A stretch of 64,000 nt of DNA from the NCBI GenBank assembly GCA_000934665.2, contig KZ538401.1:1-64000 (forward strand), in the 5' to 3' direction. Position 1 is the first letter of the stretch. Each line of letters opens with the position of its first letter. The stretch comes from Catajapyx aquilonaris. Lineage: Eukaryota. Made by a program: the position numbers and the translations under genes. Positions 1 through 12,669 of this stretch are shown here, piece by piece. The notes below the pieces were generated by a model that ran no database searches, was not told the DNA's origin, and saw only the letters and a list, made by a program, of their open reading frames with translations.

Positions 1-640
1 GATCGCAAGGAATGTGGTAAGGACACCAAGCACGTGTACTATTCTCTTACGGGTGCATATCCCCACCTAAGGGCTTCAGTTGAAATCCAATATGGTGATT
101 GTGTGGTCTCAGACAGCATGATTCGAGATTCTTAGTGTCATTTTTGGTTTCAGTGACAGCAAATTATATGTAATCGACACCTCATAAGCCACACATCAAA
201 TGCAAATACCTTTAGACATTTTCAGGTATGATAATTTCAAAGTGACGGCCATACGTCACAAACTAGTGACCTTCGGACCTTCTGAATATGACCAATCGTC
301 TTAGAGCCCTCGAATTATGCTGCAAGGATACCAAACATGTCTACTATTCGCTTACGGGTGCATATCCCCACCAACGGGTTTAGGTTGAAATCCAATATGG
401 CGCCCCACTGGTCACCGGATGCATTATTCCGATATTTTATTGTCGTTTTCGGTTTCAGTGACATCAAATTATATCTAAATGATACCTCACATGCCACCTT
501 TTAGTCGCAAATACCATTAGACATAGCCCAGTAGGCTAATTTCAAAATAGAGGTCATAGGTCACAAACTAGTGACCTTATGACCTCCTGCATGTTACCAA
601 TCGACTTGTCGACCTCGAAATATGCGGAAATGACACCAAC
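1..640. repeat. Diverged tandem repeat, ~305 bp period, ~2.1 units visible (truncated by window start)
   Basis: CTTACGGGTGCATATCCCCAC at ~46 and ~351; TCACAAACTAGTGACCTT at 256 and 561; the third unit breaks off near 640. Confidence 0.85.
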
Positions 641-838
641 ATTGCCATAGAGAGGCAATTTGAAATTTACAACAAATAAATGACCTTTTTTTCAAAAATG
701 GCCGCCATTTGACCCCACAAGGTCAGGGGACAGGGTGCTGCGGGTCAAATTGATCGTCTTGGTCTATAGAACGTCTGTGCAAAGTGGCTTGCTTTCTGCA
801 AGATTTTGCAGCATATTTTTGTGTACCGCTTCGACTAA
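1..838. mobile_element. End of a non-autonomous element with internal tandem repeats (Helentron/HINE-like)
   Basis: Tandem units are followed by CAAAAATGGCCGCC, an imperfect stem-loop (TTTGACCCCACA...TGCGGGTCAAA, ~708-749) and a putative terminus ...GTACCGCTTCGACTAA. The family is inferred from architecture only. Confidence 0.4.
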
Positions 839-861
839 GTAAATAACGAGTACTTCCTGTA

Positions 862-1658
862 CTTACAAGGGAAGTGTCTGTAGGGCCATCGGCCAATCGG
901 CCCGAAAATGACACTAGGGGTAAATCGCAGGCCAGAAATTCATTGGTGAAAGTAAAAAGTTGCATTACCCAAGCGTTTTTGAGATATGGGCGACTATAGG
1001 TGCCCGGCAAACGTGCTCGGTGACAATGGGGCGCATTCGGCAGAAGAAATTATAAACAGTCTTCGTGGCTCAGTCGGTAGCATATTTATCATTTTCGCCC
1101 TTCCCGGGTGTTTAGCAACACTGCAAACAGGTTGACGTTGATATTTCGCTTCTCTCATTTGTGTCCTTGTCAACTCGCAATAACTGCTCAATGAAACCGC
1201 AACCATAAATGAACGCGTGTACATCGTAAACATATAATTACGAAGGGACACGAATAAGTTATTATTTACTGAGCTTGGGACTATTCATTTTTCCGAATAT
1301 GAAGCCATGGAGAGAGTAGGTAAGTATCGGCAGAAGAAAAAAAAAGTAATGCACTTCCCAGCAAGCTGTTTATTNGGGGGGGGGAAAGTCGCTTCCCCTG
1401 GACTTGAACGCGGAGACTTCGGATCATGACGCGGACGCGCTACCGACTGAGCCACGAAGACTGTTCATAATTTCTTTTGCCGAATGCGCCCCATTGTCAC
1501 AGAGCAGGTTTGCCGGGCACCTATAGTCGCCCATATCTCGAAAACGCTTGGCTAATGCGACTCTTTACTTTCACCAATGAATTTCTGGCCTGCGATTTAC
1601 CCCTAGTGTCATTTTCGGGCTGATTGGCCGATGGCCCTACAGACACTTCCCTTGTTAG
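862..1658. mobile_element. MITE with ~220 bp terminal inverted repeats and TA flanks
   Basis: Left arm 862-1082 (CTTACAAGGGAAGTGTCTGTAGGGCCATCGGCCAATC...) is the near reverse complement of 1439-1658 (...GATTGGCCGATGGCCCTACAGACACTTCCCTTGTTAG). TA at 860-861 and 1659-1660. Confidence 0.92.
1388..1461 (-). pseudogene. tRNA-Met(CAT)-derived sequence with Pol III A and B boxes, embedded in the MITE
   Basis: Minus strand reads GTCTTCGTGGCTCAGTCGGTAGCGCGTCCGCGTCATGATCCGAAGTCTCCGCGTTCAAGTCCAGGGGAAGCGAC. A box TGGCTCAGTCGG, B box GTTCAAGTCC, CAT in the anticodon position. The middle resembles eukaryotic elongator tRNA-Met (GGTAGCGCGTCAGTCTCATAATCTGAAG). Stems are imperfect, so it is not a functional tRNA. 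Confidence 0.75.
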
Positions 1659-1660
1659 TA

Positions 1661-2143
1661 AAACCTCTTAATTTAATAAGGATTCGATTACTATCTGGTA
1701 ACTGTGTCGACATCCGTCGTCGTCTGCTCCCACCATTGTCTCTTAATGGTTTCGGCAGGGTTTCGGCAGGGTCTTGCTGCGCTGGTGTTGACGTTGGCAG
1801 CCTCCTGAGCCCTTCTTGCGGCAAAGGGTTGACTGGCTCAACCTTCTTCTCCTGGTTCATGAGGTACGTTCATGAGGTACGTTCTCAATCACTGGGAAGG
1901 CCTGGGACCCCGGGGACAACATTGTCAAGAAGAGTTGGATACCGATAGTGAAGTGGGTTATCCTGGGTCTTAGTACTAATTATGTGTGTGTAGAGACAGA
2001 TGGACACTAAGTGCTTCCTCCCACTGGCTACGGCCACCGGAAGCCCGAACCGCCAGAACCTAGTCGGGGTGTAACCAAATGAGTGAAGGTCACCCCTAGC
2101 TTCTTATGTGCACTGCCAACCTGGCGTCACAACCGTCACAACA
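1661..2143 (-). mobile_element. Possible LTR fragment interrupted by the MITE
   Basis: Minus strand starts TGTTGTGACGGTTGTGACG at 2143 and has ATTAAA near 1675. No partner LTR or TSD is visible. Confidence 0.22.
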
Positions 2144-2334
2144 TTATGTGCTTGGTTGATATTTTAATTATGGGCAGAATTCTTATCTACGAGTAATTAT
2201 ATCATCAATATAATTATGCAATGCCTGTTACTGATACCTGTCCTTTCTGCAACCAGGTGAAAGTGAGACCACAAAATCGTTATTGATGATGACGTGGGAT
2301 AGCCTCCAATTACAGTTCTAAGTTCTGTACAGGG

Positions 2335-2651
2335 AAGTATACAGCTGAAGCCTCAGCTGAAGAAAGCCCGCCAGCAACTGCTGCCAGCAAGACTTCCCAT
2401 TTGTATCATACCAAGAAACTGAAGATTAGTTAGCTCCTTGCACAGAAGAAGAAGGAGAAGGAGATGATAGCAGTTCAGCAGACACTAGCACAGGGAGAGA
2501 GGAAGAACCAAATGCTGAGCACTGAGTTTGAGCAGATCCTTGTTGCCAACCAGCAAGCAGGTCCTACAAATCAGAAGTTACCGCTCATCACTACCCTTCA
2601 GATCCTCAACGAGCAGCTGAATATGGATCTCGAGCACCATTACAAGAAGTG
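2335..2651 (+). pseudogene. Decayed exon of a possible TE accessory gene (coiled-coil plus LP..T.....LNE.L motif, DUF4806-like)
   Basis: One frame reads KYTAEASAEESPPATAASK...KLKIS*LLAQKKKEKEMIAVQQ...KLPLITTLQILNEQLNMDLEHHYKK with a single stop and ends at a strong donor G|GTAAGT (2652). Confidence 0.35.
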
Positions 2652-3554
2652 GTAAGTTATAATGACTGCAACAACTGTATCACCAAGGTGTCTGCTGGTT
2701 CTTGGTTCAAAGAATGTCTCATTTATTTGCATATAATATATTACAGTATTTTCCCACCTGACTTCCTGCCCTCCTTGTCACTTTGTAAAAGCATGTTGAC
2801 AACAATGAAATTGCCTTAAACATTGAACTGAAAATAATTTACACTATAACTGCTTCAGGGATATATTGGAAAGAGCTGGAAATTTGACATTAATATATTG
2901 CAACTCCTTTTCGATTTTCTCTCTGAATATAAAATTTTTGTGAACAGTTATATTTGGAATATATAATTGAGAATATTTGGAAGTGTCTTTCAATGTAAAT
3001 AGGCTCTGAAAGGCATTGAATTGAACCACCATTATTGAGCAGGCAATGTAGTTTTGCGAGGAAATGAGGATTTCAGCACTTTACTTGAAGATATTGGTGC
3101 ATATATTATGTTACTTACAAGTTAGTTTGTGGACTTGTGATTATTTTGTGACATTTCATGACTTTTGTTGAAATTATTTCAGATGACTCTCACCAGTATT
3201 AAGGCAGTTAATTTATTTAGTCTTGATCTTCTGCATTTCTTGCCACTAAATTATTGTCTTTATTGTAACGACTTACTTGTGTAGTGCAGCAGATATCAGA
3301 ATGGCTATTTCTACATGTATAATTGATTCTACTAGTAGTGCATCACTCAAATACCACACTCTTATACATATTTAGTCTAGATTATTAGTATTAGTATTAT
3401 TGGTATAGAACTATAGATAGTACAGAAGTAATGAAATAGTTCTGTGATTTGTGGTTTCTATGTATATGTTCAGAAATCCAGGTTCAATTTTTCTTTATGA
3501 CTTTCAAGCTAAAATTTCTGCAGCTTCCTTAGAACACGTTTACAACTTTTACAG

Positions 3555-3807
3555 CTGAAGGAAGAGGTGATAATATGGAGCATATCAACCAACAAATGGC
3601 CGAAATAAAAGAGATGGCTGCCTAGACCACCATCAAAGAGGAGGAGGAGGAGGAGGAGGAAGCAGTGTCAGCAGTTCAGGTGGGGGAGCAGGTATACTGG
3701 AAGGCATTCACAGGCACTGTCATCATCAAGAAAGAAAAGGAATAATCATCACCACTGGCCAGAGCCTCTGCACTGAAGATCATTTTTGACCTAAAGAGAA
3801 TGCTCAG
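3555..3807 (+). pseudogene. Decayed exon, possibly BEN-domain-like
   Basis: Runs from acceptor TTTTACAG to donor CAG|GTGAGT. Frame MEHINQQMAEIKEMAA*TTIKE8AVSAVQVGEQVYWKAFTGTVIIKKEKE*SSPLARASALKIIFDLKRML has two stops. V.VG..V.W...S..AR..L..IF recalls the BEN N-terminal pattern, judged by eye only. Confidence 0.3.
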
Positions 3808-6800
3808 GTGAGTGAATGTTCCAAGTCCCATCTCAGTGTAAATAATGCAGAGAAGAAGAATGACAAAAATGGTAGAGAAATTATTGAGCATTACTGCGTG
3901 ACATTATTTTGTCGGGTAGGAGGAAGTGAATGTAATAGATCAGAGCAGATGAGATGATTGAGATCCCTTAGAAAAACTTTGTCTATAGCCAAAAGCTTGC
4001 TGCTCCTTGAACTTATGTACCTCACAAGCTTCTATCAGGCTAATGCGTACCTACAGTATTTAAACCATGCAACTGGGTGATTCACCTTGGGGATAACCAT
4101 CCTGTAAAGATCTGGTTACAACCCAGTAATCCATGCAACCTCTGCAAGCTTCTGCCAGTGTACATAATATCTAGAGGACAATATTATTCTATCATTACAA
4201 ACTCACTGCTGGCTACCGGTACTTCTCGGATCACCGTATTTACCTAAAAACCTCAGCATAATGTGATAAATGATGAGTAGCTGACGAACCAGTGGAGCTT
4301 TTCTCCTTGTGGTAAAATCTACAACGGTTACCGTGACCTTTCTACCTCTTCATGGTATCAGTATGGCTAGGAGTACAATCATTACCTAGTTGAATATCTC
4401 AATCTCTTGAACTGGGCAATGGTTACATTGATTTTGCTATTACACTGCCCTATATATTGCACTCTTAACGACTAACTGTATTCAACAAAATATGAATGAG
4501 GACATAAAGAACTTGTTTTATAACAGTTGACACAAAAAAGTACAAGTGTGCTATTAAATAGAAAAAGAAATAGAAAGGTGAATAAAAGTTTACGTCACCA
4601 TCAGAAGCACGAAATCTTAGGTAGGCCTTGTATTAGTAAGAGAAACTGCATCATTCATTGGGTGGGTAGGTATTTCTGCGATATAGATATTCATTCACAT
4701 TCCGCCAGTCACAATGAAGGCTGGCCCTTAGTCATTTTTGAAAGTATTTATGTTGGAAAACTGTTGTTGGGCACCAAACTGCACTTTCTCGGTAAGGATA
4801 GTCAGGGATTATAATGAGGTTCTATAGCTCTTATACACTGATTTTCAAAGGGAGAGCCAGACCACCAATCTACATACCCACACAATATTGCTTTGGTTTA
4901 TTACAAGTTTATGTGAATCACTAGTGATTATACGAGTATTTAACTGCAAATGTTTTTCTAAGTAATGATTCTTCATCTAGCTAATGAAATGAAACATTAA
5001 ACTAACATTACACATGCCAGAACCAAATGAGAAGGTTTCATTCATGGATATTGGCACAAAAGTGCAGATATACGAATATGGTACCGCATAAAAGGTAGAG
5101 CAGCTTTTTATTGTTAGTAATCCTTTGAGAGAAAACGCAATCGATACTGTTTTGGACAGGGAAATAGAGTTCGAACATCTCAGAAGTCCGAGTTCAAGAG
5201 GTCAGATTTGATATGTGAACGTAAGCTGGGCTTTGCCTGACGTCACTCCCAACTTTCTTGATGGCACCCATTTCCTCCCGACCCAAGACCCGAGAGATCT
5301 CCCTTCCCTCCTGCAACACCCCATTCTAATGCGATCAAGCATAATCTCGATTTCGAATTCTCCTCCCTTCCACCAAACCGAACGGTGATCAACTAACTTG
5401 CTGAATACTTTATACAACTTCTTAAAAACAATGTGCATGTAGTGCACATTCAAGTGTAATCAACCAACAATTAATCAAAATAAACGCGTTCTCAACAGCT
5501 GATTAATATTTCTTTTGGTTAAATATGTTCGCTCGGATTTGCTTCACCTGGTATGAAACAGTAACATTTATTCTTGAGTTTGTGAAACTGCTGATGGCGA
5601 TCACGAGTCGGAAGACCCTGGCGGAGACGGAAAAAATTTCCAATATAGCCGAGGCTTTCTACAAGTGTCACCACCGTGGTCCGATTCTTCACGGTTGCCT
5701 TATCTTTATGAAGCCGCCTGGGCAATATCAGGAAATGGCACCTAATAAAGATGGTATCATGTGTCTTTCCGGGCAAAAAAAAAAGAGGAGGAGGAACCGG
5801 AGGGAGGGTGAGACACTCTATGCTCACTTTTTTTTTTTTCCTTTGTCTCCATGGGACATTAGCAACAACTGTGCTCTTTGCCCATATCTACAGCCGCCGT
5901 GCCATTTCAATTCGCTCCGTGCAACGAGCAAGACCGGCACCGTTCCGATATTTTGCAAAACCATACAAACTTTTTAAACCCCCTCTCTGTATACCATAGT
6001 AGGAGCCCTTCCAAAATGGGCTTCTGGCGCGGAACTAACTGGAGGAAAAACTTGGGGGGCGAAAATGAGAAGACATGACTCCTGCAAATGCTCGGTGTCA
6101 CCAAGGCGGGAGCTCTAAGTACGGTAATTGTGGCGCCGGCGAAAAGACTCCCAAGTTCTGATTAGGCGTCTCCATATCACTTTCCTATCCCCGGCACAAC
6201 CATTTCCCTTTGTATATATAAAAAAAAGCTGCTCCTTCTCCGTCTGGAAAGAAGCCATTTGTGCATGAAGTCTGGGGAAAGAAGAGGCGGGAAGGAAGAA
6301 GAAGAGGAAAAAAAAGGGGGGCTCCAAAAGTTCAGGCATGACTTTAGAGAATGGGCGGCAAGCAAGGCATTTTTGCCCACTTGGAAGAGGGGAGGGGAGG
6401 GGGCTCCTATTAAATTCGCCTTTCAGTTCCACGTTTCCAGATGGGTTAATGAGAATCAGGGCGGCAAACCGACCTTTGTTCCCTCCAAAGAACCACCCTG
6501 TTGACCTGCCCTCGACTCAAACTTGGCAAAGTGCATTGGATCCGCAGCATCTCAAGTGGCTCGACATAACTATTCAGCCTAAGTGCAAAAGGGTCATTTT
6601 GTAAACGCGGATTTTCCCCGACTACTTTGGCTAAGGTCCAGAAAATGCATTCCACAGATGCAGCGTCCACTCTGCTGTATGTGGCGTCCATTTTAGACAA
6701 AGACAAATGCTGCGTCCAGGAGGAAATCCATGTTTACTCCCGGAGAAAACTGTCATGTGGCTATCCCCTGTACTAGCAGCCAAAGCTAGTGAATTATGGG

Positions 6801-8677
6801 CCAGATAGAGCCGGCACAATTTATTCTCGATGAAGAAAATACCAGCTATACTAAGAGCATTGCAAAGTGAATTGCATTTTTTTGCTCTCACTTTTGAAAA
6901 ACTGCAAAAAGATATTAGCAAAGTGTTCGGTTGTAATTTTTACGCTATCGCAAAGCTAATCTTCTTCGATACTCGCCTCACTTTATAATAGATCTGAGCT
7001 TACGAAAATCAATGATTGAGAGCTAATTCCGCATGCGGAAGACGGCCATAAACTTGATGCTGTAGGCAAGTAGTAGAAAGGGTAAGAGGAGATACGATTG
7101 CAACTTCGATCTCCGCGGGACTTGTCTCGGCGAGTACAAAGTTTGAACATTTGATGGGAGTTAACAGGAGAGAAATCTCGGGGCACTTCTCTGTCTAAAC
7201 AAAAGGTTTTAGTTCGGCGCTTGGGATTCAAAGTCACGCTGCCAAGGATGATCAGAACTCCAGAGCTCATCGGTGATTTGTATACTCAGGTTTTATGGAG
7301 ATAAGGAGTTGGGGGGGAAGAAACTGACGTGGCTCCTTTCAACTTTTTAAGCAGTTTGATTGGGCGATCTTGCAGTAGGAACTCTTCGACACACGTGAAT
7401 GGATGTCTAGACATCATTGATAAAATTGCTTATTTAAGCACTTAGTTACCAATCAAAATAGCAGTATTGACGGTTGTAACTATCAAGTATGGTCGTAAAT
7501 GTTTGCACGCAAAAAAGTATCATCGCTAGCAGAGTGCTGCAGCTCCAAGGGTATTATACAGATTGCCTATGCGGTACAACTCGTTGTACATTTTTTCACC
7601 AGAATTCCAAGCAAGTCCTAAAGCCCGTGATGAACAGGATGCTTCCAAAACTTTTGGATCTGGTCCAGCGAACGCATTTTCCCAATGTCCAGTCTGCTGC
7701 ATCTCTTGCGCAGTTTAGACAAAGATAAATGGTAGCGTGAGAAAACTCCGTGTTTACTACCGGAGAGAATGTCACACGGTGTTTTCTCGCACTTGCAGGG
7801 AAAAGTGGGTGATGAATGACGCCCCCCAGGAACCGCCCAATTTATGCCCGTCAGACGAGCATTTTATTATTTCCAGCAATTTATCCCTTCGCCAGCCTAA
7901 AAGAATCCCTTCCAATAGTCCCCCTCCAGCACAACACACGCCAACCAAACACACACGACACAAGAATGAAAGTTCGACGATCCAGTCAACTTTTCCGCTT
8001 GGAATAACCCGAAAAGGAGGAGAAAAGCAATAGTTTCCAGGGAAACCCAGATTACTGCTGCGAGTCAATCATTCTTCTATGGTTCCCCCATCTTGGTATA
8101 GCCTGCGAACTGGCAGCAATCAGAGTGAACCCCCCTCCACCCCCCTGGTCCCCCCCCCCTCCTTCCCCTGAAACGCGCCTTCGATCTGTGCAAATAAGAG
8201 GCAGACCCTCATGGCGGACGCAGCTCCCGTGCAGGAATCAAACCCGCAGAGGAATAAGAGAGACCACAGCAGCTGCTGCCTTCGGAAGGAAAACTGCCTG
8301 GGTCTGGACTCCCCCAAGACTCTCAAGAGCTCTTCTACTGGGAAGGAGAGGGAAGGAGGGAGTTTTGGTGCGGGGGTGGAGGGATAGAAGTAGCGGTCCA
8401 ATAGAACCGCCCAGGTTCCAGTTCCCGCACCCAATTCCAATCCCCAAAAAACCGGAAGCAAATACGTTATGGCGAAGTAAGGAAAGGGAAGAGTGGCTTC
8501 CATTTCAAGCTTGTTTCCTAATGGTTTTGCTTCCGTAAGGGGGGAAAAAAATTATCCGGATTTACGACATCTGACAGGAAATTGTTTCCTGGCTTGAAAG
8601 TTGAGAAAATGTTACGATTAAATAGGTGTTCGTATTTCAGAATAATAATGACAATTATTATTAATACTGTGTTAGTA

Positions 8678-9103
8678 CAGTCAGCCCGATGTTATCCGCG
8701 GTTTGAAATTAATAAAAATTTTAAAATAAAATATCAAATTTATATATTAGAGCACAGTAGACTCTGTAATGTAATGCTATTTGATTGCTAATTGTTTTTG
8801 CTGCTGTCTAGATGTGCATGCAAGGGGGTAATCACTTCGGTACTCCAGTGTACACCTGCGAGTGGTACTCGTCCCTGGTACTCTTCAGGTACCCACTCTT
8901 TATTACTCCTTGGTACTCCTTGAATTTGGTACTCCAGTGTACACTTTTCAGTCGAGTGATTACCCCCTTGTGTGCATGTGTAGGGTACTTGTATAATTTG
9001 TATTTTTTAAAAAAAACTTATATCGAGTTCGATATTATCGTCGCGTTTCACTTATCCGCGGGGGACTTGGAACCAATTATCACGGATGACCGGGAGCTCA
9101 CTG
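8678..9103. mobile_element. Diverged Tc1/mariner-pogo-type MITE
   Basis: TA|CAGTCAGCCCGATGTTATCCGCGG ... CACGGATGACCGGGAGCTCACTG|TG. Imperfect CAGT-starting TIRs and an internal TTATCCGCGG repeat. Confidence 0.6.
8821..8970. mobile_element. 150 bp MITE with perfect 8-bp TSD (hAT- or P-type), nested in the previous MITE
   Basis: TIR CAAGGGGGTAATCACT / AGTGATTACCCCCTTG. TGTGCATG is duplicated at 8813-8820 and 8971-8978. The interior has repeated GGTACTC motifs. Confidence 0.9.
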
Positions 9104-12100
9104 TGGACAGTATAAATTATCGTAAGATTTGTTTTGAAATGTGGCTTAATTAGGTCGTCTATTTATTTCGCGCTAATATTTTAATCCATTTAGTGAAGCA
9201 GCGACCTATGTTCAAGTGGTAAGCGTATAAATACCTGCCTTGTGGTGGAAAGTCCAAAAAAATTTGCTGGTTCCTTTAGTCCACTCAGTGCGTTAGCAGA
9301 TTATGGTCATTAGGGGCGTGCGAGGGAGGAAATATATAAAAACTTTCCCGGATGCTGCTGTAGGCTAAGCTGTGCATAAGTGAGTGTAACAACACGGTAC
9401 TGTACTATTTTCATTCTACATAAAAAATAGTAATTTATTATGCCTGCTGTTTGTTAGTCGGCAGCATATCATACTGCAGTGTTGATGCTAAAGCTCAAGA
9501 AGCTTTATTCGTGCAGATATATACAAACTCCCTTGGTTTGAACAGCACACTCTGGAATTCCTGGACTTGGGCTTCAAAGCAAACATGTTGTCATAGTGCG
9601 TAGGCACAAAACCAACATGTTGGTGCGCAAACCTGGCTTAAAGAAGAAGAAGAAAAAAATCGCTTAGTTTTCAGAGACCATGAAGCAGAGGTAAGAATAG
9701 TATCCTGGCTGCACAAATCTCTGTGGGTCTCTCTCTGAGACAGTCAAGCTTTACGGCTTTCAAATGATTGCTGCGGGCACTACAGTTCATCATAATAGCG
9801 CTCTGCAATCAACCAGTGGCGCACTTTGCTTAACTAGCGCTCAGCAGATCTTCCTCCTGGCGAAGAAGGGGGAAAAAAATATTGGAATTTTTATCAATCT
9901 GAGACGTGGCCGAAACTTTCATGACTGCATAAAACGCAATTTGCTTCGCCGTCATTATGGGCGTTAAGTTTTAATATCCATAAGGCCCCTTGGTGTAACT
10001 GCCGTTGTTAGTGCCAATTCCCGCCTCCTCTTCGCTGCATCCCTGAGACTCTTGGTTGCGAAACCACTCGAGCACATTTCCCTCGTGAGCCAAAAGCGCA
10101 TGTTGCCGGAATTATCATGACATTTCCCTCCGCAAAAGCTTCCTGGTCGATATCCGGCTACAGACTCCTGATACGCTATCCTCCAGCTTGTAGTAATTGC
10201 CTCAACCCAGTCGATGAAAAGAGTGGCAATTACATTAGAATTCAAGCCGTCAAGACGTGCCTTTGCTCTGGGTGCCTCCGATATACGGGAGGAGTTTGTC
10301 AAGCCCAGCACCAGCAGTGGCATGCTGGGCTTTCCAGGAGGGTTGGTGCTGCAAGCCACCAAATGCACTTTGCCAGCATGCCCCAGTATACCACTGTCTC
10401 CAGCTTGGGGCCACGCACTGGCCCAGAAAAGTCGGCAAGGGCCTTGGCCACCCACTCTATTTGGCCTCGGGGCTTGCAATGAACATGAGAATACTCTCTC
10501 TTCTGGGATCTAGTGTCGGATGTGACACTGCCGGAGAACAGGCCAGATTTCCTGCATTTAGTCCGACTTGGCTTGAATGACAATTATGCGGTTCAATAAG
10601 AACTGGAACCGCCAAGTTGTTCAGAGGCGGACGCCAATGCTCAAAATATATCAATAGCTAAAGAAAAGAAAGAAAAAAAGGCAGTTTCCCCCCTCGGCTG
10701 TTGCATATTTCATCTTTTACCTTAATGGAAAAGCCAATCGTAATGCCCTTCCTGGCAATGAATTTTCCGCTTCAGACACGCAAAATCTGTTTCTTGGGGC
10801 CCCATTCGCTGCTTGACGCTCAATCTGCCACATAAAATGCTAAGAATGTGACGCCCCGGTAACAGTTGGTCTCCGCAAAAGATAAACGCCATAAGCGTAA
10901 TCAATCATCCCGATACTTGACTGCAACCCTCAACTGTGTGTGTGTGTATGCACTGACGCAATATCAGTCGAAAGCGCAGCACAGCACTGGGTGACCTGCC
11001 AGCTCCGATAATACTGGAACATTCCAAATCTGCGGATCTCATTAAGCATGCATAATACGTAGCTTATTACAACAAGTGACCCCACCAACCAATGTCCATC
11101 TTTTAATCAGGAACCCCGTCCGATTCTGTGGGGGATTGCATGGTCTGTAATTCCCTCCCGCATCCCTATCACTTTGGTAAAGGGGCAACGGTCCCGCCGC
11201 AAACTAATCACAACCAGCAACAGCTATAACTCCAACAGTCTCTTTTTTCCCCATACCCGCCCCCCATTACCAAACCCGCCAAATCCCGCATGCCTGCATC
11301 CCTTGGGATCCAAAGAACCCCGAGTCTCCTGGGGGATGCAACCCATCCGTCTTCTACCCCTCATCTCCAACTGTCTGCACACCATGGGAAACGGATAGTT
11401 GAAAAAAAAGGGCTCATATTTTTTTTTTCGACGATGAGGGGATCGAGTTATACACATCCTGTATTCATACATCAACTGAACGATGAATACAATTAATGAG
11501 GCATGCAAATGACACTTATAATTATGTATGTGGAATTAGTGCGTGGTGAACCTATAAAGCATGTCAAAACACTGGGGGGCCATTGCTTTAATTTATCAGT
11601 AATAAGTTGACCGGACTTCGTGTAATAGGATTACACACGAGGAAAGGTAAAATAATATTCCACTGTAAGGGCAGTACTGCATATGTCAGAAAGTTTCCCG
11701 GTTCAGTTAAAAATACCTGCATGGAACTCCAAAACAGTATCTTGCACTAACGTGTAGAACAAGTTTGGAACTGCCTAAAGCCCACTGTAGGTTTGTTCTG
11801 ACATTGCAAGCAAAAACATGCGACTGCATAAGCCATATAACTTGAGATAAAAGCGCATTCGTATACTCGTCATTCAGTCCGCGCCCTGCCTATATGTACC
11901 AACTCTATGTGAACATGCATTGCTAAAAATATCAGCATGAGGCAGTACAGGCAAAATTACTTCAAAAATAACAAACAAAAATAGTACTGGAGGATTTATA
12001 AACACCAGCATTCTACACTAACCATGCATGAAATGTATGTTGCGTGTTTTTCTCCCCCCATTAGTTTTAAATGAGTAGCACTTGTAGTGCAAATCCTACT

Positions 12101-12669
12101 TTTTACAAACTAACAGGTTTAATGCTGTGAATATCACTGATCATTAATCCGAATGTAGGCCTACTGTATACATTTTTCTAGTCATGTAATCCTGTTATAC
12201 ACAAATGAAAAAGCTTCAATTAAATTGTTATACCCCTAAATTGAGTGCATGCTTACCGTAAATGAAGAAAAAAAACTTTGAAAATGAGCAGTAGCATATA
12301 TTTGTGATCAGACTGATTTAGTGAAAACAAGCATACCAACTCTCCAATTTAATTCAAACATCTACATATTGTACTGACGACTGAGAAAAATAGCATAAGA
12401 GAGTCCACAGTCCGAGGAGTTGCACACTTGCGAACATTTCCGTCAAAACTCCAGAAAACTCCCGAGAAACTCCGGAAATTTTCGCAAATTCAGGTGCATT
12501 GAATAAAGCCAAACGCGGTCGCGAATATTAAGGAAGCTCGAGAGGAAGTCTTGAGAGAATCGAGATATATGTGATTTTAGTAATGAATCCCAAGCTCCGC
12601 GCCATCTGGCGTCGGCCGCGTCCAAACCATACAGGTATAGTGAGTACCACCTCTACATTTCCGGTTATA

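Noticed and set aside
4073..4130. LGDNHPVKIWLQP resembling the Harbinger transposase LGDxxYP motif
   Set aside because: Flanking translation shows no other DDE motifs; probably chance.
5112..5497. Possible solo LTR (TGTT... AATAAA ...CTCAACA)
   Set aside because: No matching 4-6 bp TSD for either candidate start and no second copy.
9198..9395. Degenerate SINE-like sequence (A-box-like start); another candidate at ~24320-24400 (-)
   Set aside because: B box absent or too degraded to support a call.
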